A stretch of DNA of 64,000 bases, taken from Auanema rhodensis. Lineage: Eukaryota > Animalia > Nematoda. Both the position numbers and the translations under genes were made by a program. The stretch's first letter is position 1, and each line of letters begins with the position of its first letter. The stretch covers positions 9,300,001 through 9,364,000 of the forward strand of contig OZ059895.1 of the NCBI GenBank assembly GCA_964057225.1, read 5' to 3'. The notes beneath the pieces were generated by a model. The model made no database searches. It was not told the origin of the DNA and saw nothing but the letters and a program-made list of their open reading frames with translations. This document shows, piece by piece, positions 54,753 through 64,000 of this stretch.

Positions 54753-56502
54753 ATGTTTCGTAGAGTTTTAAATCTTAAAGATAGTAGATATAAAGTTTTT
54801 TTTCGTTCAAATAGTAATTTAACTGATATTTATTCTGCCAAAGTACAAAAAGGGGAGTTAAGGCATGATGAATACCAGGTTTGCCGCATATGTTATCTTT
54901 TTCTCATATATGCTTATAACAGGAAAAAATAGTAGAGCAGTTCGAACTTTTACGTTCGTCTTTGATTACTTATGAGTTTAAAAACAATCCCGTTCCGAGC
55001 AAAATAGGATCAGGTATAATTGGGTCACTGTTTAGGCAGAAGAACAAAGAAAATGAGGTATTAATATCAATTAGCTTTCATAATAAAATAACTTGTCGTA
55101 GATTCCGAAAATCAGCCCTCGTGGAATTTATTTATGGGGAACAGTTGGCTGCGGAAAAACTATGCTCATGGATTTGTTTTATGAAAGCTGCCCGTTCAAA
55201 GAGAAGGAGCGTGTTCATTTCAACTCATTCATGCAAGATGTACATAAGAGTATGTCAATGAGCTGCTTTCCATTTTTTCAAATTACTCGTATAGGAATGC
55301 ATCAATTGAAACTTGCTCATCAAGGTCCTAGAGGTAGTCTTGACCCTGTTCCACAAATAGTGTCGGAAATAATTGAAAAAAATAAACTCCTGTGCTTCGA
55401 TGAGTTCCAGGTATTGCTAAAAGTATTGCAATTGTTAATCAGGATTATAGGTAACTGATATTGCTGATGCTATGATATTGAAGAGATTTTTCTCAGAACT
55501 TTTTAATAAAGGTAGCTTATGAATGTATATGAAAAAATATAGTTGTCTGTTTAGGATTAGTTATGGTTGCCACTTCCAATCGTCCTCCTAAAGAGTTGTA
55601 CAAAAATGGGTTGCAACGCCACCAATTCTTGCCTTTCATTGACGTTCTTGAAGTTATCACATTTTCTTACATAATTGCTAAGTTTGTCTTTTCTAGAATA
55701 AATGTAATGCTATCACACTTGATTCTGGAAAAGATTATCGAAGAAGTTCAACCAAAGATTCTTCATATTATTTTATACATGGCAAAGAAGATGCTAATGA
55801 GAAGTGCAATATTATTTTCAAGCAATTAGTTGCCAAGGAAAACGACAGTAATATGCATATCAATAATATTTCTGATTGATTGTTTGCAGCCGTCAGGGCA
55901 AAAACACTTAATATTCTTGGACGTCATGTTGTGGTTGAAAAATGCTGTGGGGGAGTTGCTGACATAGATTTTGCTGAAGTAATTTAATTTAATTTATTTA
56001 ATATGATGTTGATAATCAAGGTGTGTACAAAAGCGACTGGAGCTGTGGATTATCTTGTACTTGCCCGAGTTTTTCATACTATTATTTTACGCAATGTTCC
56101 TATTCTTACCGCTTCAAAGTTATCGGAAGCGCGTCGATTTATTACTTTGATTGACACTTTTTATGATCAAAAAGTAAGTTTTCAATTCAATACTGTGAAT
56201 TATTGTTGTTTAAGGTTCGATTAATTGTAAGTGCTGAGGGATCCGTAGATGAATTATTCAGACTGGATCAAGATAAAGAAGTAGGATTATCAGATGCTGA
56301 TAGAAAGTTAATGGATGATCTCCAAATAGCTCCTGGCACAGTGAGTTAGTATCGCTTTTTCTATTCAACATTTGGATTTGAGGAGAGTTCGAAAGCCAAC
56401 GTTTTCACGGGAGAAGAAGAGCAATTCGCTTCTGACAGGACTATATCTAGGCTAAGTGAGATGCAAACAGAAGTTTACTGGAACCAGAGGAGGCCGACCT
56501 AA
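54753..56502 (+). CDS. AFG1L: AFG1/LACE1-like mitochondrial ATPase
   Basis: [85 protein letters not shown]. Confidence 0.95.
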
Positions 56503-57018
56503 ATATAACTTGATATTATTGTTCAGAGACTGTTCTCTCTGTTTATCATAATTCAGATGATAAGCATGATATCAATGGTATACTTATTATCGATATTCTG
56601 CCTGCAAAAATTGATCCTTTCATATTTTGAATCAGTCAGTACATTTTAGAAAATTATAGTTGTGATCTTTTTTTTCATTTTAGGAAACATATTTTGAATA
56701 AAAATTTTAAATTATGATTTAGTTCAAAGTACACACATTTTTTCTCTCTGAAAGTCATAATTTCTGAAGGCCATAGCATTCACAACTTGTCGTTGAAATC
56801 GTCGTGTAATGCAAAAAATGTGATAATAACTATGATAGCATTCAACGAGTATGACTAAAATATAGAAGAATCAAAATCTTTCATAGTACTAAGCAATTTG
56901 CAAATGTTATATTTACATTTATATCTATTTTTATTTAGAATATTTACGTTTTTAGCTTGGCTTACCATTTGTAACCGTTTTAAAAATTATTTGTTGTAGT
57001 TTGACAACTGCACCGACT

Positions 57019-58137
57019 ATGGCATTCCGCATAGTTCCAGAAGACGAACAGAAGGAACTGCAAAAATACTTCGAATCATCCGAAAAGCATATTCTTTTTT
57101 ATCAGTCAATTAAATTTAAACTTGAAAATGTATTTCCTTATACAACATGTGATATATATTCTTTCGAGAAAAATAATTCTAAATATTTTTATGCGCACAA
57201 GCATAATAAACTTCTGAGCAGGTATTTGCTGTAAAGTCTATATTATATAATATTATTTTGCTGACAGACATGGAGGGTTGGTAACTTGTGTAGGTAATTT
57301 CAATGAGGCTGATTTTATCGAAGGGTTCATGTTATATGAATCCATTTTAAAAATACAAACGCTAACAGAGGGATATCTTATTATTGCTTTTGAGAAATAT
57401 ACTATGGCGGTAAGACATATACAAATATATTTGATTTGATTTTCTACTAGATTCTTATAGATTTCAAAATATTATAACCGAATTAATTTCAAAGGAGAAT
57501 TGGGTCCAAATCCTACATACTTGTTTTACATGACAGAAGAACAAGAAGATGAAGTGTTGAAGTGGAAAGCGCCCCTTCTTCCAGATGGACTACAACTTGG
57601 TTTTTTTTTAAAATTTAAACTTTTTTATTTTTCATTTCAAATAAGGTTATGCAAATCCCGAATTAGATGCAAGGTTGATAACGTCAACATGGGTATATGC
57701 TCGAGAAGAAGAAATTCCCCAAACAAGGTTTCTTATTTTTTGTTAAAACTTACGAAACGTTTTAAAATTAAGAGCTAAATTGGAATGTTTTCCTTCGTCT
57801 GTTATAAGACATAATGGAACACCTGTAGCATATGAAATGATGGATCATTTTGGTTATCTTAATCATCAGTACACTCATGAGGAATATAGATGTAAAGGTT
57901 ATGGAAAAATTGTGGAATTAGATATATCGCAGAAGTGTTTGAAGTGCTTTCCTTTCATTTCAAGAATAAGAAATTCTATTTTATTTTAGAAGAGGTTTTC
58001 GTGTTTTCAAATGTGTAGAGCCTTGCAAGCCCGCTGTTCTTGCCAGTAGCAAACGATCGAAAATCTGGACTGTCTCTAAAGACGAAGCTGGAGAAGATGA
58101 ACCTCTTATTTTTTTCGTAATAAGCCAAAAGCAATAA
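57019..58137 (+). CDS. GNAT-fold glycine N-acyltransferase-like protein
   Basis: NPTYLFYM, LITSTWVYA, FPSSVIR...PVAYEM...GYLNHQYTHEEYRCKGYGK (acetyl-CoA motif A). Confidence 0.8.
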
Positions 58138-59567
58138 TTAACTTTTATAAGCATCTGTATGGTGTAGTGATGGTGAGATGAGCTTGTATTCGTTAATTAG
58201 CAAATAAATACTTTTTTCATTTCCAAACCTTTGTTTCCACTATTTTAAGTTTCCTTATTTCTGCAGTTTAAATTGCCCATTTCTAATCCCTCATGGGTAT
58301 GATTTGTAGCTATAGCCTCTCATAAGTCTTCAACGATTAGGCCATTCTGACTTCTTCTCTTGGCTCGAGCGCAACTATACACTCGTTGTCTTTTACTTAC
58401 TTACTCCTCCCTTCCAAAACTATGTGGATTTGCAAAAAAAAACTTCCTTTCTCTTAAGTAACATTGATATGAAATCAATCTCTATTACTATTTTTCATCT
58501 TGAATAATAATTTTTGGGTAAAATTTCTTTTTTTTCCTTGTTCTTGGTCTTTCTATCTCTGAAACTCACTATTTAATATTCTACGCTATTCAGACTCAGA
58601 TTCGAAACTTTTTCATTTTTATAATATACAAGTAATGAAAATTTTTACTCAATTTCATCGTTTCTATCTACTTTTTTTCAAATATAGAAATCTCGGAAGA
58701 CTAAAGACGGCAGAATGAAGATTCAATAAACGTAATAAGCTTTCTTGATGGGTCTAAAAACTGGACTCGAGAGTCTTAACATTTATTTTAGTTTTTCTAT
58801 CGAATATGCTTATATGTGCGCTATTAACGTATTCTGTTCTTTGTTCATTGATTGAACTTTGAATTTTAGTATGAATCCTCCTCTTATTTCGTTTTAACTA
58901 TTTTTAACTACAATTTTAGATAAAAAAAAATATTTTTTTTTAGCAAAAGATTTTGCAGAATGTTTTAAGTTGAATAAGGCTTGACATCTCAAGAATAAAT
59001 CGAATCTGTCATTATATTCATCCAAATTTTGATGGATTCCACATGTGACTATCGGTTCATCGGACATATTGCATAACATTAGCACAATATACATAGATCT
59101 TTTTAAGTTTGAAGCATTTTCTGATTGAAATAAAAAAAAATGAATTTCAGATATTTCATATGCGACATAGCTGAATATGTACTGCCAAAAATCAGGTTTG
59201 GATCCTTTATTTACTAAACAAGTAAAGAAATATTCTAACAATCGACAGAAACAATTTCCAAACTTCGCACTTCTATTAGTTTGTGAAGTGTTCAACAACT
59301 GCTCTAACTAATACTAGCAGCTATTACACGCTCACTAAGTTTTGAAAGTATTAATCATTAAGAGTTATATTCATCTATGTTCTAACCAAACACAACAATG
59401 TTTTTTCTAAATTCAAAATGTTTTCATTCTCTTATTCGATTTAAATTATTATTAAATGTTTTAAAACAACACATGAACTGATGATAAAACAACCAATTTT
59501 ACGTTTATTAGTTAATATGATTAATATTTTTTAAATTAAAAGCTAGATAACTTATATTTTATTTCAG

Positions 59568-62260
59568 AAAATCGATCGTATTACGAGAGCATTTACGGTG
59601 AACGAAGGCATATTCTTCTAGATTCCTCTGTTTATCCAAGATATCGCTCGATAGCCCCCAGGCAAATGGTCATTACAACACAACCAGAAAGTTGTCAGTT
59701 TCTACCACAACGAACAAATGATTCCACTTTTGGCTCTGCAACCAGCTCCGGTTTTATAAGAAATGGATATTTGCCACCTGGAGTTTTGTCAAACCATAAG
59801 CCTTACCCAATAAACAGGTATGTACATATAGTTAAACTATTTATTTGAGCGAAAACATATGTTTTTAATTGTTTTGTCTTTTAAAACTTTGCATAAAGGG
59901 TATAGAGAGTATAATTTTGAATATTTTAATTTTAAAAATCTTCTGTTCAAAAAGAAAAACTTAAAAAATTAATATTTTTCTTTCATAGAACTGGAGAAAT
60001 GCCAAAAACTGAAGAAGACTTAGAAGGCATTAATTGCTCGCCATGTTGTGACAATGAAAACATAAGGTAATTTAAGAAATAATTATAATATAAATCAAAT
60101 AGTTGAGTGAATTGAATATTGATCAGAATGATTTCATTTAAATAGATAGATTTACGTTAATACGTTGTAACTGAGAGGGGTAGCAATTGTTACTTCTTCT
60201 TCATATATCTTCTTTTTTTCGTAACTACATAAAATTAAACTTAGGAGAATGCTATTATATGATATCAGAGCTAATATATGTATATATCCTAGTCATATTG
60301 GTATTCTTTACAAAGATAGAAGTAAAGGTAGGATAGATTGATAAGATATAAGGGCATTTGATAAGAAGCCAGAGTTGATGTTAACAATGATGCAACTTCA
60401 ATATTTTAAAATATCAAAGAGACTAAAAGAAAGAAGAGCATAGCATAGGAGAGTGACCGAATGAGAAAAGAAAAGCAACACTATCCTATCTCTAACTGCT
60501 GTCGGCTCTTCGCTTTTAGCAATTTTTATAAATCTCGAATTTATTATTTCATATACTTTTGAATGACTAAATATCAATCGATTACAATTGTGTCTGTTTC
60601 TCCTACTCGATTTGATCAAAATATGTCGGAAGTATCCGATAACAGCAGGGAAGTAGGTTGGATACAAAAATTTTTTAATCGGTCAGTAGTAAAATTATAA
60701 TTTATAAAATAACATCATATATATATATTTATAATTATTTTCAGAAGAACATTTCGTGGTATTGCACTTGGTCAAATATTATCCATTTGTTTATGTGGTA
60801 CAGGTGTTTCCAGTCAACTACTTTCAGATAAAGGTGTTAATGCTCCTGCAGGTTATTAACTATATTTACTTATCTTCAGCATCTTATAATTTTTTTTATT
60901 TTAGCTCAAAGTTTCACAAACTATTTTCTGCTATGTTTTGTATATTGTACAGCATTATCATGCAAATCAGGAGATGAAGGATTATTAGGTTAGATTAAAC
61001 TATTTTATGTGTTTATATTAATATATTTTTTTGAATATTTATAGGCGTTATTAAACGTCGTGGTTGGAAATATTTTATATTGGCTTTAATAGATGTTGAA
61101 GCAAATTTTCTAGTTGTATACGCTTATCAATATACAAATTTAACTAGTGTTCAAGTTAGTTTTCTCATATTTTCTTTACAATAATATATTTTTTTAAAGA
61201 TTTTGGATTGTTCTACAATTCCAACAGTTTTATTACTTTCATGGCTATTTTTGTCTGTAAGATATTTAATTTCACATATCATAGGTAAATATTTAAAACA
61301 TGATAATGATTCTAAATATGATATTCGTGTAGGTGTGTGCTTATGTTTAATTGGAATAGCCATACTTATTTGGGCAGATATGCTTGATGGAAAAGGAACA
61401 ATTGGAGGTAGAAACAACGTTATAATATCCGAAAACTTCTTAATTTAGGAACTAATCATGTATTGGGAGACTTATTATGTATAGGAGGAGCTCTGTTATA
61501 TGCGGTCTCAAATGTTTGTCAAGAATTTCTGGTGAAGCAGCATAATCGTATGGAATACTTGGGGATGATTGGATTATTTGGAAGTCTCATATCAGGAATT
61601 CAATTGTAAATTATATAATATTTCTCTTCAACATCTAAATCATTTAGAGCAATTTTGGAACATAAAAATTTATCTCAAATAGATTGGAATTTATCTACTA
61701 TAGGATGTTTTGCTTTATTCGCATTTTCAATGTTTATTTTCTATTCTCTTGTGAGCTATGTGCTACAAAAAACTTCAGCCTTAATGCTCAACTTAGCAAC
61801 ATTAACAGCTGATTTTTATTCTTTTCTATTTGGCATATTTTTATTCAAATATAGTGTAAGTTTTAATTAGATTTTTAATATTTTTTAGATTATATACTTA
61901 TATTTCAGTTCAATTATCTGTATTTCGTATCATATGTTGTTGTAATAGTAGGTTCTATAGTATACTCATTGAAACAAACAGAGGTTTGATTTTGAATAAT
62001 ATGCATATACGGTCCTATCATAGGTTCGAGATGCCGATGAACCTCGCAGGGTTTGTCCTTGCCTCTTCATGTGCTGTTGCTGTTGTGACTGCTGCTTTGA
62101 AGATGGTGAAAGCACGGAAGGATCATTAGATGTAATTTTGAAATATCCGAACTATTCTAATGTATTTAATCTTCAGATACCATTACCAAATATTGTACAA
62201 CCTTGTCCACTGCATGGTCACAATCAGCAAAGTATTCGTATGACTGAACTAAACAGATAA
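59568..62260 (+). CDS. SLC35F: SLC35F1/F2-family transporter (true start uncertain; an upstream exon may exist)
   Basis: [65 protein letters not shown]; Cys-rich C-terminal tail. Confidence 0.9.
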
Positions 62261-62790
62261 TTTTATTATTTCAAATTACAATCATTAATGCTCGTAATAT
62301 AACTTCACTTACTTGTTTTTATGTTAAGAATTCTCTTTTTTAAAATTAGGGTTTTCTTATTAAACTGATTGAACCTTACTTGAAGCCAAATGGTGTAGTG
62401 TTGAAAACGGGTGTTTTCGATTCTGTGTTTTGTATTGTATTCACAATTAATAAATTTAAAATTAATAATAAGAATAAAGATAAATGAAAACTTTATTATG
62501 TAATTTTCTTGTCTTATGTATATGAACCCGTAAATTACAGTTTTTTTTTCAATTTCATATAATGATAGTAGATACATATATGAATGCATATAAAGTTGAA
62601 TCAAATTCTAAAAAAATAATTTGGACTGAGGATATCAATTTCGTAAACATCACGCGTTATGGCTTTTAGTGAAAGAGAGATCATGAAAACAGTGAATTAA
62701 TAAACTTGATTCTTAACATAGTTATGAATTTGAACATTATTAACCGGGATATAGATTTCAAATGCAGTTTTTAAGAGCTTAATTTGGTTC

Positions 62791-64000
62791 CTAATCATCT
62801 TCTCCTACATTTACTAATGGAGCTGGACTAGCCGAAAATGGAGGTGTTGGAGGTATCACATCATTAATGCTTTCACGCTTCACGATAGCTGCTTCTTGTG
62901 TATGGTCCAACGATGGAACTAATATAGAAACCATCTAGAATTATAATTCTTTCACTAAATTTAAATTTATTTTGTAACTTACGGATTCCCTATAAACTTT
63001 CACACGATGTGAATTAATATCTCTATAAGCATTCAGATCTGTATCATCAGTTCCAATTGAACAATCATCATGTAACGAAGATGTGTCAATGAATTCTAAA
63101 GTTAAATGAATTTAAAATAGTTTTCCATGCAGTTGAGATACCTCTTCTTAACTTTACTGGATAATCTGGACTACTAGATAGCATATTGACTCTATCAGAT
63201 TCTAAAAAATACACAATAGAAGCTATTAAAATGATGAAAAAACAATTGTTACCTGTACTTCTTCTTGTGGATCTCCCTCTTCTTCTTATCATACAACAGC
63301 AGAAACAGAAAAGTATGAGTATCAATATTGATGCACATATGATCATTGAATAGAAAAGAACGCGAGCAGAGACTGGCACTGAATAAAAAATATTGTGAAA
63401 ACTGGAAAATGTGCATTTGTAATTACATAAGTATTGAGGCTGGAAAGTATCTGGTGTGTATGCATCAACTGAGCCGTGTGGAGAAGATGAATATGAATTA
63501 TCTTTCATATTTTGAGATTCAGAGTATTCATGAGAAAATTCTGGCTCTTCTTGCCAAAGATAAGGATCAACGGTTCCTGAATACTCATCAGAATCTGGGT
63601 ATTCAGACACATATTGCATGATTCGCTCAAAGACATCAACCTATAGTTTCATAAATTATTCATTAAATCAGATTTACTATTATTACCTGATGAAGTTTAT
63701 TACTTTTCGATTTATAGAAAGCATGTTCATCTGTTTCATAACCAACTCCAACATCATGAAGTATAACACTGTTTGATATATCAGCTCCTTCCAGTGGATG
63801 AAAGGTTATGTTATTCAACATTGATCTACTATAATCCGGAAGTTCAAATCTGCTTCCATCAATCTGAAAAGTTCGAATAAATTGAAATCTTTGAGATTAC
63901 TTCATTACAATTAATTCATATCGTTGGTTGTTATGTTTAGTTCCAATAGGTGTTTGCCTACGAACAACCAATAAGTGAACACGATCATCGTTTTCAAAAG
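62791..64000 (-). CDS. Unknown single-pass membrane protein, 3' part (runs off window end)
   Basis: TM segment [24 protein letters not shown] followed by basic RRRGR stop-transfer; spliced exons end at ...PLVNVGEDD*. Confidence 0.65.

Noticed and set aside
58155-58352. Possible tRNA or C/D snoRNA (TGGTGTAGTG; ATGATT...CTGA)
   Set aside because: No cloverleaf or T-loop, imperfect C box, no terminal stem and no recognised rRNA guide.

Overview
This is eukaryotic DNA: an AT-rich, gene-dense nematode (rhabditid-like) genome segment with very short spliceosomal introns, mostly about 42-50 nt, so the ORF track shows only exon fragments. By splicing manually I recover about 22 protein-coding genes: rnf-145 (partial), CCDC115/Vma22, ERH, cdc-48.3/SPATA5, aho-3/ABHD17, tiam-1, three innexins, a 5-domain progranulin, PIGO, an unknown Lys-rich protein, Treslin/TICRR, RPA49/POLR1E, nfyc-1, a MATH/BTB-like protein, a sulfotransferase, a divergent Skp1-like gene, xrn-2, AFG1L/LACE1, a GNAT acyltransferase, SLC35F and a partial membrane protein. 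Four things stand out. (1) A decayed Merlin DNA transposon (8-bp TSD, TIRs, intron-containing DDE transposase) carries a nested Tc1/mariner-type MITE inserted exactly into its intron's 3' splice site. (2) A two-tier palindrome made of an inverted, internally deleted copy of the Skp1-like gene has perfect 138-bp inner arms and ~92% identical outer arms, and could yield hairpin dsRNA. (3) Splice signals are unusually relaxed, with GC donors, AAG/GAG acceptors and two introns that appear to need non-AG acceptors. (4) A small GC-rich structured island at ~41.5 kb is unexplained. All gene calls come from manual translation and motif recognition; no searches were run.
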